Of a stretch of 64,000 nucleotides of DNA, positions 12,505 through 25,285 are shown piece after piece. The DNA comes from Cenococcum geophilum (Eukaryota), in assembly GCA_050273025.1 (NCBI GenBank), contig CP158635.1, positions 6,820,001 through 6,884,000 on the forward strand, given 5' to 3'. A program made the position numbers and the translations under genes. Every line of letters begins with the position of its first letter. Within the stretch, counting starts at the first letter, position 1. Below the pieces are notes generated by a model, which searched no databases, was not told where the DNA came from, and saw nothing but the letters and a program-made list of their open reading frames with translations.

Positions 12505-15500
12505 ACGAGTAGTTACTGCTGCCTCTATATAAAATCTTCTTATTATACCTCTTTAGTCTTACTTGTAGATAACTAAAATCGTTTTATATTAAACCTACAT
12601 TTAAATATAAGCCCTAAAAGCTTCTTAACTCGTAAGATTGCTATATAGGTTAGCCTAGCTATTTTATCCTTTTTCTTAACATCTAGAACCACCTAGTTAA
12701 GTATTAGGCCCTAGCTTTTATATATAGTAAGAGCAAAAGCTAAAGTAATTAGAAATTGACGCCGTAAGTAAGAGCCTTTTATACCCTCCTATTTACAAAG
12801 CACGGAAAATATAGGGATGACTTACTATCCTACCAAGTAAATAGGGTAGGTCCATTATACCCATCTACCGTAATTAGTAGTAACTAAGGCTAATCCTTTT
12901 TAATATCCGCGTGTCCCTTCTATACAATATCTTTAACTATACTAGTAGTACTATTTACTAAGCCTAGTTTAATCTAGATATTCTATATTAGTATTACTTT
13001 TACGCTAATATATAGGGCTAGATTCTCTATAGTATCGCACTAATTAGGAGTGACTTTCCGTACACCTATACTAGTATTAACTAACTTAATAGCTACTACT
13101 GGCTGTAAAAGGTCGCGAAGCCAAGTAGTGTTATACTTACCTATAGCAGCGCGTGTACTATATAGCCAAATTACATTATTAAAGCCCGCAACCTTACTAG
13201 TGGATAGGCCCTACTTACACCTAATTAAAAAAAGCTTCTAGGTCGATTTACTTACAGAATCACTACATAGCTCCGTAAGGGCAGTCCTAAAAGCAGAGCT
13301 CTTAGCGTTATTACTGCCCTACCGCATAACTTGATCTAGAATAGTAGTTTAGTTAATTGCCTTATAGGCTTCTTTTCTATAGCTAGCGAGCTCTAACGGC
13401 CTAGCGGGTAGATTGCTATATAAGGCCGCCTAATTTACAGGGGGAAGCTAATGGAAATCACCTACTAGCAAGATGTTTAAGCCTTTAAAGTAGTCGTTAT
13501 TACGCGTAGGGTAGATCTAATGGAGGTGGTAATCGATCTAGGCTAGATATACTTACCCGATTATAGATTTCTCGTTAAGGATAAGATAGTAAATATCCTT
13601 AAAAGCCTGTTATAGAGGCGTAAGACTAGTAGTAGGTAAGTCCTTAAATGGGCGATTTACTAGCAACCTTAATAGATTGTATATAGTTCTGCCGTTAATA
13701 TTAAAGGCAGCTACCCTAGTAGGGGCCGCTTAAGCCAATGGTATTGGCTTACTATTAGCCCTTACCATATCATAGAGCGTAGTAGAGAGGACAGTAATAA
13801 GATATAATTTGCCAGTTCCTGCCTCTCCATTAACATTAATCCGCAGTAGGGAGGGGCTAACGCCCACTTAGATCTACCTGTAGTAATTAACTATAATATT
13901 ATAGACATAACGCTAACCTAGTTGTAAGGAGAACGGAGTTACTATTTAGGATAGGCGGCTCTACGGTAAAGGCTATAGCCGTACTTCCTGCTAATAAGTC
14001 CTCTTATTAAGCTGCGGGTACGTACCCTAATACGTACTCTAGTTATAGTTATAATTAAGCTCCCTATTACCAAGCCTATTAGGATCCTTAATTTTAACTC
14101 TATTAGTATTTTAAACGTGGGTATATAGGGCCTTAAAGGACTAGTATAGCTCTAAGTCGTCTGCGAAATCGCCCTTAAACTTATTAATATTATTAGTAGT
14201 TTTACAACCTTTTTCTAGTTTCTAATTATAGAAGTAGTTAGGTAGGTGCTAATAAGAGTCAATATAAGCCTAATAGGAAGCTATATAATTAGGGGCCCCG
14301 AATTTATTAGTATAAGTAGCCACTTCCTTATACTCCCATTATAGATAATAAAGAATAAGCTTTATATAGCAGAACTTAGAATACTGCGGATAGGAAGGAT
14401 CGCCTTTATATTACTGAAAGTATAATATAACTCAAGGCCTTGCTCTTAGTTAACGCTTATAAGTAGAGTAATTAAAATAGAGTAGAAAATTAAGGAAAGT
14501 AACGTCCTCTACCCCATCTAGGCGGCGCTTATATTTCTTATAGTTTGACAGTCTATACCCTCTTAGTTGCCTATCCTTAAGCTTATATATAGCGCTTCAA
14601 TCGTCCTTCTAGCGGCAGTCTAAAGTTACTATATTCTTTAAGCCTTTAAAAAGGGGGATATTAAGAAGTAGATAGTATACCTTCTACGCTAACTAATCGC
14701 GTTTAGTAATAAGCTTATTTATAAACTTAGTTACTATTAAACTAAAGGTATAAAGACTGTTAGCGTGTGCCTGTACTAATTAGAGTAACTCCGAATAGGA
14801 AGTTAACTTCTTCTCTTCCCTACTGTAATATTTGCCATCCACGCCAGTATTATAGCTGAATTATAGCTATTAAGAAGCTTATTATTACGCTATAGACAGA
14901 ACGTCTAGTAATATGGATTTTAATCCTTTAATACAGCGGCCTTATTGCGGAGAAAGCGTAGAAAGTAAAAGCGGCACTCCTTCACTCTAGCGGAGCCTTT
15001 CTTTAATCTTAAGCAGTAAGATTTAGTATAATTACAGTACCGTTGAAATCAATTAAAGCAGGCAGTAAGAAGCTTACTAGTATTAAGCTGTTCTTTAAAG
15101 CTAAGAGTAGAAGAATATTAAAGATCGGGAGGCCTAGATTAATTAGGATTTATTATAGATATAAAAGCAGCCTAGTGCTTAGCAAAAGCCGCCCTTAATT
15201 CACTAGTTAACGGATCTAGCCTTAAGGCTATTAAACTCCATAAAAAGCTATATATATAGCCGCTACCTCGCGCCTACTACTTATATCAGGACTAAAAGTT
15301 AGTGCTATTAAATAGACCTATAAGTATGTGCTTCCTAAATAGATCGAAGCGGCGATGTAGCCAGTAAGCAGTAATATATAGGTTATCGTTAAGATTCTAA
15401 AAAGCAATCCGGTAGCGCTAAGCCTTATTAGCAGCCTTATATTTATTAAATTAAGGTATATAAGAGTGTATATTATACTAATATAGATTAGTAGCGCTAA

Positions 15501-17350
15501 GTATAAAGAATAGAGACCCGCTTTTAATATTTTTAGTATAAGCCGTAAGCTTATTTCTCTTCTGCTTCTAGTAAGGCCTAGTGCCCTTAAGCTTCCATAT
15601 ATACTATACACTCTTATTTAGAACCTAGTTACCCCTAGTACTATTTATAAGATTATTAAGCTTATCTAAAGATAGACTATTTTTATTTAATTAGCCGTAA
15701 AGGAAGCGGGTGGCATTAAGGGCTTACTCTCTTATAATCTGATTAAACACGTAGTAGCGAAATAAAGGGTAGCGGCCAAACCAACTGTCCTAATACTTAA
15801 GTATATGCTTGGCATACGCAGCTAGGGTAACTATACGGCTTTGTGGCATATTAAAGTCGGCTTTACTATAGGGAAACAGAGTAGGAAAGGCGCCACGCAT
15901 AATAAAACTAGCTAATTGCTTAGAGAGAGGTGTCTGTCGCACAATAGGAACCTCTAGGCCTGTTTATAAGTCTTATTAGTATTAAACCTCGCGACCTAAA
16001 AGTTCTAATTTATTAAGGTTAGGTACTAGATTAGGAACCAAAGTATCTAGTATATTGTCATTAAATTCGCCATCTAGTACATTACTGCCAAGCTTAGTAG
16101 GTAGAGGATTAATAGCAAGAGGACGTTATATAGGAGCAGAATTATTAGACTTTAACTTATCAATATAAGGTAGCTAATTTAATATAAAGCTATTTTCGGG
16201 TAAGCTAGTAAGCCAGGTGCTATATATTTTAACATTACAATAATTAAAATAATTGACCTTTAGAAAGTAAAGCCATAGTAATATAGCAAAGCGCCTTATA
16301 GTATACCGCTTAGTAAACCGCCGACTTAGGTATTCGCCACCCTCTACTGCCGTAGGCCTTACGACTAGTATATCGAGTTTAGTAGGTAGCCATAGTAGCT
16401 AACTCTAAGTCTTTAGTATATTCTGGCCAAAGTAGTAAACATAGCCAGTATAGCGATGTTGCTGGCTATATACACGCACGACTTACAAATAAACGTATAC
16501 GCGCGCAATTAGAAGCTCCTCCACTGCGGTAAGTATAGGTAGGAAGCTAGAAATAGGCCCTAGATCAAGCCCATTGCTTTTACTAAATAAAGGAGAAAGG
16601 GTTAGATTCTTAAGGCTATTGGCATCCTTAATACAGGCTTTATATACACCTATATTATTACCCTCTATAACTAGGCCTATTTAGAACCACCGCTCCTTAC
16701 AATAACTGCATGTCTTTATACATTTAGCCTATAGTATACTCCTAAACTTCTTAATTCGCTCCCAATAGACAGCCGAAACAGGTAGTAGTATAGCCGTAGT
16801 TAAAGCTTACGGAGAGGAAGCTTGTGGAAAGGGAGCCTACTAAGAGGGAGCTTATAGAGAGGGAGCCTGCCAAGAGGGAGCTTATAGAGAGGAAGCCTAC
16901 CAAGAGGGAGCTTGCGAAAAGGGAGCCTGCTAAGAGGGAGCCTGCTAAGAGGGAGCCTGCTAAGAGGGAGCTTACCGTAAGGAAGGTAGTATTAGCAGCA
17001 GAGTAGGTATTAGCGGTAAAGCAGGCATAGAAGCTAGTTTCGGTAAGGACGCATTTAGGTTATTTAGAGTGCCTCTTCTACTATATAGAGCTTTATGTAT
17101 GGTATATAGCGGAGGAGTAGGCGAGTAAGCTTCACCCCGCCAATTAAGAATACGGTGCTCCCGTTATATTGCCCTAATTATCTTCCGCCGTTAAGCTATT
17201 TTAGGGATATCTTACTATTCTAGCCGCGGGGTAAAAAAACATCTTTAGTATCGGTTTTAGGTAAAGTATTTCGCTAGCGCTTTATAGGACGAATTTTAGT
17301 AGAACTAAGCTCTGCTTTCCGCCTATTTAAATTATATTTAGAGCCCTAGG
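12505..17350 (-). pseudogene. Helitron Rep/PIF1-helicase (RepHel) pseudogene
   Basis: De-RIPed minus-strand motifs: HUH motif EWQARGSGH.HGF (~15245-15285), Walker A GEAGTGK (~13808-13828), AAPTGVAAF, LILDEKSM, GDFHQLPPV, FPITLAFALTIHKSQGLT (~12700-12758) and YVAISRVK. No endonuclease domain seen after the helicase. Ends approximate. Confidence 0.88.
16825..16975. repeat. 15-bp minisatellite (~10 units of AAGAGGGAGCCTGCT) in the RepHel N-terminal region
   Basis: Visible 15-nt periodicity. It produces the spurious + strand ORF 16824-17006 and probably encoded QAPSQ-like repeats on the minus strand. Confidence 0.85.
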
Positions 17351-17999
17351 AAATTAAGTAAGAGTAGAAGCAATATATAGGGAAAACGTGCCTTTAACCA
17401 ACACGATTGACATTACTTTAAAAGCTTAGTAGATAGGCCGTTTTTAATTAAATTAATACGGGGTTATATTAAATAATACTTCCTACACTTAATTAAAGCA
17501 GGTTCTACTATAATTAAGACGCGTATAGTAGTATTAATAAAGACGCCAATAAAAAGGTTAGTTTATTAATAGTGGAATCTTAAATATTTTAATATTCGTC
17601 ACGTGTATTCTGCAGGTAGATACTACCTACGGTTTTTATTTAGACCAATTAAAAGCAGGCTTGGCAAGAGTTTGAAAATTCAAATACCCAACTACCTAAA
17701 AGTAATAGACCACTCGTACCTCGGGTCAATAAGCAACCAGCGAGCGGTCTCTATTTAGAGTTAGCAAGCGATAAAGTCGACAGCGCGCTGACAGCTCGAT
17801 ACCGTAGCGGTAAGGTAAGGAAGAATTTTAGTGTCTTAAAGCTTTTTGTAGATTATAAGGATATTTGGTTAATATTTGGAGGATTAGCTAGTAAGAAACT
17901 CCTAAGAAACTCTCGCTTATCTAACTTTCTCCGCGTACGCGTTAGGGTACCTACATAATATCTTACTAAAAGTTAACTACCACTATGTAAAGAACCTTT

Positions 18000-20880
18000 C
18001 TTTTTATGCGCTAACTAGGTAGCAGAGCTTCTTCTTCTACTTCTTCTTTATTATCTCTATAATCTATACGTTAATTAAGCTCTTTAATATTAAGGCTTTA
18101 TTAATTAACTACTTCCTCCCCCCTTCTAATTGATAATAATATTAAATCGGGCGATTAAAACAATCCTTTCTCCGCTAGTATATTACCAAAGCCTCCTCTA
18201 ACTAATTAGAACTATAGATATATCTTTCCTATTAACTAGGATAATCTCTACCTATAAAAGTACGGTAAGCTTACTAGTAAATATAGATACTAGGTTCTTT
18301 ATAAGCGATTAATATCTAGTAAAGCTTTAATATTAGCTATTTAGCAGTATAGAGCAGACCTTTTTTAAAACGGTCCTATAGGCATAAAGAGACTCTAGCT
18401 GTATAAAATTTTCTACTTAGCTTAAAAACTAAGTGCTCTACTTATAATTAATGGCAACGATTATATTACTAGCCATTTAAGATTAAAGTATAATATTAAT
18501 ATAGGCCCTAGAAGCTATAAGAGTAATATATAATTACTAATTATATTAAGCCCATTTAAAGCAGCTGCTTAAGCTTTATCTACTTTAAGAGGTGGCTATA
18601 AACGCTAGCTGTTTTAAGTAGCTGGCTATATTTAAGTATATATTAATTGGACAATCCTATAGGATATTACCTTCTATTAAGCCACTAGTGCTTAGACACA
18701 TGCTTTTCTTATATTTAATTATTTTTAAATATAGGAGTGTCTTATAAAGGCACCTATATTATTAAGCGATTAGATTAAGACCTTATTTAAATAGTAACAT
18801 ATTAATATTAAAGACCTCCTTCCTACCACGCTTAGTAAAATCCACCTTAGCTATAACATTTGGACGTCTATAAATGGAATATTACTACTTAGTATAGTGG
18901 CTTATTTTATTAATAAAGACAGCAAACTTTAATTAGTACTTTTAGGGCTTTTATAACTATAAGGATTATATACTGCTAAAAATATCGCAATGGCTTTAGT
19001 AGAGGTAATTAGAAAGTATTAATTTAATTTTAAGTTTAGTTACTTAATAACTAATAATGCCTATAATAACAACGACCTCTATAATTACCTTTTATAAAGC
19101 CTCTTAGTGCCTAAAAAGGAACGGCTTTAGTGTGTTGGTTATATTATTAACCATATTATTAAGGCTCTGATATATAGTAAAGGCATAAATAAGCTTAAAT
19201 ACCTTTTAATTAGTATAAGCGACTAAGCTAAATTCGACCTTATATGGTAGAAAGGCTTCGCTAGCAAAATATATAATATCGTTAAATACATTATATAATT
19301 ACTAGGACGTCGTAAAGACTTTACTAAGAATTAGCTTAAGGCCTATATAGAGGACAAGCTATTTAATTACGCAGAGCTTCCGCTTATTAAGGATAGAGGC
19401 GTTCGGTGGAATTCTACCTACTTTATACTCCGCCGCGCATTACTTCTTCAAAAGGCAATTAATAAATATTTACTTACTTAGAGGAAGCCTACTAATAATA
19501 GTTACAATCTAAATCAGGACTCGTTTACTAATAATAATTAGAAGTAACGTAATTTATTACTTATCCAGTAATATTAGTTATCTAATAGCCTTAAAAACCA
19601 CTAAAAAGTAGAAAAACTGCACCTTAATATCTTGATAACGGCTTAATAATAAATTCCAAAAATTTATAATTGGCCTTTTATACCTATATTAAGACTTTTA
19701 ATAAAGTTTTAGTGTAATAAGCCCGGCCATTATTAAAATATTAGGGTTTAGCCCCCAATTTTAAGCTAAATTGTGATATTTTTAGAGCTACTTAATAGAT
19801 TATTTTTTAAATCTAATAAGAGGTCTAAAATAGGTATAAAAGGCTAATTATAAAATTTCAGAATTTATTATTAAGCCGTTATCAAGATATTAAGGTGCAG
19901 TTTTTCCACTTTTTAATAGTTTTTAGGGCTATTAGATGACTAATATTACCAGATAAGTAATAAAACACATTAGGTAGAGCAGCTTATTAAGATCCTAAAG
20001 CCTTTTATATTAGCTACTAAGCGTATAAAAGGCAACGCTAATAGCCTTAGTATTAAAGGCTTATATAGCGCTCTATAGGAATTAATTACTAATATAGAGC
20101 TCCTTTATTAAATCCTCTAGCGAACTTAGTAAAGCCTTAAGAATAAAAGCAACTCCTTTCTTAAATTAGGCGTTAATATAGCTATCTAAAAGATTAATAA
20201 ATATTTTAATAAAATAAAGGACAAGAGCCCTTACTACTTTACTATAGTAATCCTTTATCCGTCTCTTAAACGCGCCTACTTTCGCAATGAGTAGAAACGG
20301 TAGCCTTAATAGTAAAAGCACGCTAAGCGGTGTATAGAAACTATATTTACTAACTATATTAATAATTAAGACGATAAGGAAGATAAGGAATTAGTTAAGC
20401 TATAATATAGAAAGGTTCCTTATATATCCAATAACGATTCAGCTAATACATATGCGCAGTTATTAGTTATAGACGAGAGCCTTACTTCCTCTAGGCGTAG
20501 TTAAAAGCGTATTAAGCTTGCTAGCAAGCTTAATCGCTACTATAACGCAGGCCTTAAGTTTATTAAAATCCGTACCAATAATAGTAATAAGGTAAATAAT
20601 GTTGTTCCTAACCCTCTTACCTAGTAGCTTAAAGTCGGTTAAATTCTCTATCTAACGCTTACCAAAATTGCTCTTAATATGTTTTTTAATACTAACTATA
20701 AGCTCTATATATAAATAAGTCTTTAGTTAAGCCAAAAAGATTGTTACTAATAAGCGTAATAGATTGTTGGCCAATACAATTAAAGCAGATTAATATTAGA
20801 AATAGTGGCTGCTTAAAGGCCTTTTATTAAGTAGTTTAATTAACTGCATTAATACCAACGGAGCCTTAACTACGCCCTAG
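18000..20880 (+). pseudogene. hAT transposase pseudogene
   Basis: De-RIPed motifs D.WTS (~18855), DNA.NN (~19053), RLRCVGHIIN (~19122), VRWNSTYFML (~19401) and C-terminal dimerisation domain WW...YPTL.KIAL...MSS.CERVFS (~20620-20730). Interrupted by the MITE at 19547-19970. Ends approximate. Confidence 0.85.
19547..19970. mobile_element. pogo/Fot1-like (Tc1/mariner superfamily) MITE, 424 bp, long TIRs
   Basis: TA|acgtaatttattacttatcc... and ...gataagtaataaaacacat|TA, with arms complementary over ~150 bp. Removing it restores a plausible hAT reading (DWKQVEQLI after de-RIP). Confidence 0.88.
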
Positions 20881-20884
20881 TTAA

Positions 20885-21068
20885 TGTTACGGCTCCGTAA
20901 CGGATCTAGTCAGGGGGCTCGCTTGAGCCTTGGTATATGTATATAGACGTGTCCTTTTCCACCTTCTGCTCCTCATCTTGATATCCTCGTCGATAGACAA
21001 TCCAATTGTACAGGCTTGCATACGTTCTTTACGGCGCTCGTGTCTCGATTGACTGAGTCGCTGTGACA
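20885..21068. mobile_element. Solo LTR, 184 bp
   Basis: TGTTAC...GTGACA termini with perfect 5-bp TSD GTTAA. Retains CpA/TpG dinucleotides. Confidence 0.85.
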
Positions 21069-21949
21069 GTTAATAGGCTTTAATATTAATCTTACTGGCT
21101 ATAAGTTAAATACGGAGGCAGAAACACTAGCTTAGTAAGCTTCTTTAACTAAAGCTTTGTATTAAATTAAAATCTAATACTAAAATAGAGCCTCCAGAGC
21201 CCTTACTACCTTCTTTACTACCTACCTTATTTAAGCCTTCGTGTACGTGCCGAGCGCTTTCTACTGTATTTAAATACTATACTAGATAAGTTAAGGCTAG
21301 TTTTTAATTAGGCAATGTCAATATTGTATATACAGAGGTGCTGCTAAAAATCTAGTATAAAACACTATTAAATCTCTACAATTTGCCTAATTAGGAAATT
21401 AGGCTAACAGCGAACAGCGAGCGATTTGATTGGTGGCAGCGAGCGAGAGGTAAGGCCTCAAAGCTCGCTGGACGCTGGCTGTTGGACACTGACAAGAAGT
21501 CGTCACTTGGGCGCAAATGCGAGAGCTCCAGATTGAAACGGAATATGTAACGGGAGCTCGAAGCTACATATTAAAACGGAGCCAAGAACCTCATTTCAAC
21601 TACTGTATACGGTATAGCTTGCAAATTTGACGCGCTTACCGATATGGAGGAGCTCCATATTTAAACGGCGTTAGATCTACCGAACGACGCCCTTATATTC
21701 AGATTTGAGCTCCGGTTCCGTTACAATATGGAGCCTCCATATTTGTAACGGAGGTGTAACCGAAGGACCCTTAGACGTTAATCAAGAATAAATAATAATA
21801 ATAAATCTTTTTCCGGAATAAAGCCGCTTAAAGCGATATATAGTTTGCTCCTCTTTAAGGATAATCTATTCCGGAATAGGGCAGAAATAATCCCGATATT
21901 GGACAGAATAGTACTCTTCTCTGTTAAAGGTCGTAGAGATTGTTTCCTT

Positions 21950-23905
21950 TCACTTGTGGCTTAGCAGTGTTATAACAGGTTCGTGTCCGTGGCTGACAGC
22001 CTCTTCCAGCGCAGTTTCTCCATAAACTTGTCGTGCCTCGGTACTGGCCCCATGTTGTACTAGGAGCTTCACAGTCTCAAGATGTCCATTCCTAGCTGCG
22101 CAGTGAAGTGCTGTACGCCCACGCTGATCTGTTGCCTGGAGGTCAGCTCCATTCTTCAGAAGCACCTCGACAATTGCTCTTTGCCCGGCCCAAGCCGCTT
22201 CGTGTAGCGGTGTCCGATGTTCCGCTATCCTTTCGTATGATTCGTTGTCTCCATCCCAAATATATTTCCTCAACACCGATTTTAAATTGACATCAGCGCC
22301 TCTAGATAGTAACATCAGCACAATGTCAATATAACCCCGGTAGGATACAAATTGCAGCACCGAGCCTCCATAAGCATCTTGCGTGTCAACGTTGACCCCA
22401 TTGTCCAGTAACAACGAGATTATCGCTTTGTGTCCTTCCCATGCTGCATCATGTACTGCTAGCCACCCCTCACAGTTTTCCTCTTTGGTGCTTGCCCCAT
22501 TTTGCAGAAGTAGAAGAGCTAACTCTTTGTGCCCCTCTCTGGCCACCAGATGTAGTGCAGTATCCTCGCCATTACCCTTTGCATCAATGTCGGCTCTATT
22601 TTGAAGTAACAGTAATACTGTTGAGTTGTGCGCCTGGAATACTGCCTCATGCAGTGCCGTATACCCAGCAGTATTACTAGCATTAATGTGAGCTCCCTTC
22701 TCAAGTAGCAATTGCACTGCCTCATTATGTGCATTGGAAGATGCTAGGTGCAGCGCTGTATCACCAGAGAGATCTTTCGCATTAACATCAGCTCCCTGCT
22801 CAAGAAGCAGTTGCAGGCTTTCAAATCGCCCATTCATAGCTGCCTCATGCAGCGCTGTGGTTCTGCTCTCGGGATCATGAGAATTTACGTTGACACCGGA
22901 ACTAAGTAGTTCCTTGACCTGGAGCAGATCCCCGGTCCTTGCTGCATTAAGCAACTTATCGTTCAATAGATTATTCCACCTAAGCTTGTTCAATAGGCGA
23001 TTTGCCGCTAATGCAGGAACTTGTGGGATCCGAGGACTCCCGATAGACGATTTTTGGAATAGAGCAATTGATAGTTTGGGTCTTTTAACTTTCGTGTGTG
23101 GTGGCATATGGCTTGCACTTGGAGACTTAGTCACTAGAAAACCGGGTGATTCCTCAGCAAAGGGCAGTTCAAATGGTACCGTGGCTGAAGCACTGTTGAA
23201 CGTTTGCCATCCGAAGGCTCCTGTTGCTATTGCTTCCCTCAGCCAACTAAGGATGAAGTCTTTGTTGGTCTCAAAAGCAGCCACAGTTATGCCAGCCCCT
23301 TCGAGTTCTTTCCGAATATTTCGCCAGACTTCCCTTTCATCAGGAGAGAGGGAGTCTACCGTCTGCGTTGAGATGACTGAGCCCTCACGCTTCCCTTCGT
23401 TTGACTCTCGTATAAAGGCATGTAGTTGCTTCTCGACAGTAAATTGACACGTACTAAAACATAGAGAACCACATTAGAACCAGGCTCTATAATGTATCAA
23501 TGTTGTACAGCGTGGCGGATGTACTCACCTTATCAATGCCGTAAGCAATGTAGCATTTGCTATCAGTCGAAATCTCAGCTCGGCAATGTCCTCAGAATAC
23601 CATTTCAACCGATCCCAAGTTCGCCTGCACTGTGTGTCGAGGCCCTGATACCTCTGCACGAGGTTCTGCAGATCTGTCACCACACAGTGACACCCGTCTG
23701 TCACTGCCTCGATCCTAGCTCGTCTTTCCGATGTTACAGGCGCCGCAAATACTACTTCCTCAGCCTCTTTGAGCACAACATGCAGAGATAAGATCTCTGC
23801 AGAGATATTCCCGAAGCTTTCTGGAGCCTCCTTGCAGGACTTATAGACGTTCCAAGCGAGTGTTCCAAGGGTAATGAAATCGTTAACACTAAAGCCGAAA
23901 CTCAT
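21950..23905 (-). CDS. HeLo-like (fungal STAND N-terminal) domain plus ankyrin-repeat protein, 626 aa, 2 exons
   Basis: Exon 1 23905-23529 (MSFGFSVNDFITLGTLAWNVYKSC...). Intron 23528-23454 (GTGAGT...CTAAT...TTTTAG). Exon 2 23453-21950 is in frame with the 444-aa ORF carrying ~10 G.TALH.A ankyrin repeats. Total 1881 nt, no RIP damage. Confidence 0.9.
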
Positions 23906-24087
23906 GTTCACTGCGACTAGGGAGTACGGTGGCCGTAATAAAGCCTTCTTGACCAGTGGTCCCAGCGCGACACTGCCGACAAAGCGTCAAGGTAGGTGAA
24001 TCACGATGGTAAAAGAAGTGGGGCTGAGTACGCCTTAGGCCTTGTAAAGAATAGTCAGCAAGCTCAGACCAGACGATTAACTTACCT

Positions 24088-24329
24088 CAGAAGCTTAGAC
24101 TAAGAAATCGATTGCGGATATAGGAATATCCGCACTGTCCGCTAAGCTGATTTAGGACGGTAATCGTTTTCTTAGTCTGAGGCACCTAAACACGGTTTAT
24201 ATAAGAAGACCTTATTAACTTTAACGAAATTTATCTACCCTCCTATAATACCTATTAACATAAAAATTATACTAAATTATAGAGAAAAGCCTACTCTATA
24301 AAGCTATAAGATCTTTAGCTCCTTATATA
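24088..24329. repeat. Left long terminal inverted repeat (CAGAAGCT...) of a putative DNA transposon
   Basis: Reverse complement of 51196-51456 apart from RIP changes and a ~21-bp indel. Contains the hairpin TGCGGATATAGGAATATCCGCA. Confidence 0.88.
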
Positions 24330-24509
24330 CGCGCGACGTTAAAAGGAATTCGTCGCCGTAGAGGCCCTAATTCTACCTCTGCACTGCCGAGCCGCGCAGT
24401 AAATACTAACGTTAAACGCTTACGCCTACGGCGCTAGCCCTCTCTATGGCCAGCGGATTTTCTGGCGGATTTTCTAGCGGATATTTTAGCGAATATTCTA
24501 GTAGATATT

Positions 24510-25285
24510 CTATCTGCTAGTTGGATAAAGATATTAAAGAAAGAGAAGGTTAATATTATTAAGGACCTTCTACGTTAATAGGGCTGGTTTTTTTTTTTAA
24601 AAATATACTAGTCTCTAAGTACTTAGAAAGCGAGAACGGGTATAGAGGTAATAGAAAGAAAAAGAAAATAGGGGACCTATTTATTTCTTTACTAGAGGAT
24701 AAGGAAATATAAGAACTTATTAATAGGGATAATATTTATATAACGCTAATAATCTATACTATCCACTATATCTAAAAAGAGCTCTACTAACTATAATTAT
24801 AACACGGCCCCTTTAATATATAAACTTTAGATATAGAGTTTTAGGATATTAACTTTAAGAATATGGCTAAGTTTATTTAGTAGTATGGCCCGCTATTATT
24901 CTAGCTTATTAAGGGGATATTTATACTAAATAGAGAGGAATATAGTTAAGATCCATACGGCGGATATATAGTTATAGTTGCCTCTATATTTCTCTTAGGG
25001 TTTGCCTAAAACTCTATAAATAGTTTTACTTGTTTACTTAGTCTATATCTTTAAGCGCTTAGTATAAAGCGCTATATACTATCTTTCTTATATAGCCTTA
25101 GTCTAATTAATAGTTATAAAACTCTTAACGCTAAAAAGCTTAGGCTAGCTAAACATTTTAAGGGAGGTTTTATTAATTCTACTAGCCCTTCTAGCGCTAA
25201 TAACCTTTAAGAAACCAATTAAGTCTTTATCTATTTATAATAATATTTATATTATCTATAATAACTTTAACTATTACTAAAAGAC
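24510..25285 (+). pseudogene. RIPed fragment of a DUF6589-like (possibly Academ-type transposase) gene
   Basis: De-RIPed translation ...LLGLYLQASGVKRRVLSFLHGLGLIDSYKTL... (~25035-25130), then after a probable intron YDNFNY (~25255). I recall this pattern from fungal DUF6589-containing proteins. Truncated; family call not verified by search. Confidence 0.5.

Larger units (their letters stand above)
9751..17732 (-). mobile_element. Helitron2/Helentron-type rolling-circle transposon with asymmetric subterminal inverted repeats
   Basis: The minus-strand 5' end TTATTGACCCGAGGTACGAGTGGTC forms a hairpin. An inverted RIPed copy tttaacccaag lies at 9781-9791, next to a terminal hairpin acgttaa..ccaacgt (9759-9776). 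T-rich (minus-strand) flanks. Encodes RepHel. Confidence 0.75.
9694..21491 (+). mobile_element. hAT DNA transposon, RIP-inactivated, containing nested insertions
   Basis: Termini cattatatctaacagccagcgtc (9694) and gacgctggctgttggacactg (21491) are imperfect inverted repeats. 8-bp TSD ATAAGAAG / ACAAGAAG differs by one RIP change. Subterminal CAGCGAGC repeats occur at both ends. Confidence 0.75.
9232..21770. mobile_element. PIF/Harbinger-like non-autonomous element (~730 bp native) split by the hAT insertion
   Basis: Left end TTA|gggtttatttaattacaaattgcctccgttaca (RIP-compatible with gggtccattcggttaca) and right end tgtaacggaggtgtaaccgaaggaccc|TTA give a TTA TSD. Internal ctccagatt/ctccatatt motifs are shared with the element at 48792-49155. 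Confidence 0.65.

Noticed and set aside
16824..17006. ORF MEREPTKRELIEREPAK...
   Set aside because: Product of a 15-bp minisatellite read antisense to the Helitron RepHel.
21774..21913. Possible TIR end with TTCCGGAATA repeats and a TA flank
   Set aside because: No matching left end found in the window.
22108..23791. Several + strand and alternative-frame ORFs overlapping the ankyrin gene
   Set aside because: Shadow frames of a well-supported spliced gene; no motifs.
24054..24078. Degenerate copy of the TIR tip (gtcagcaagctcagaccagacgatt) as the true left end
   Set aside because: Short and gapped, and it also yields no TSD; at most an older footprint.
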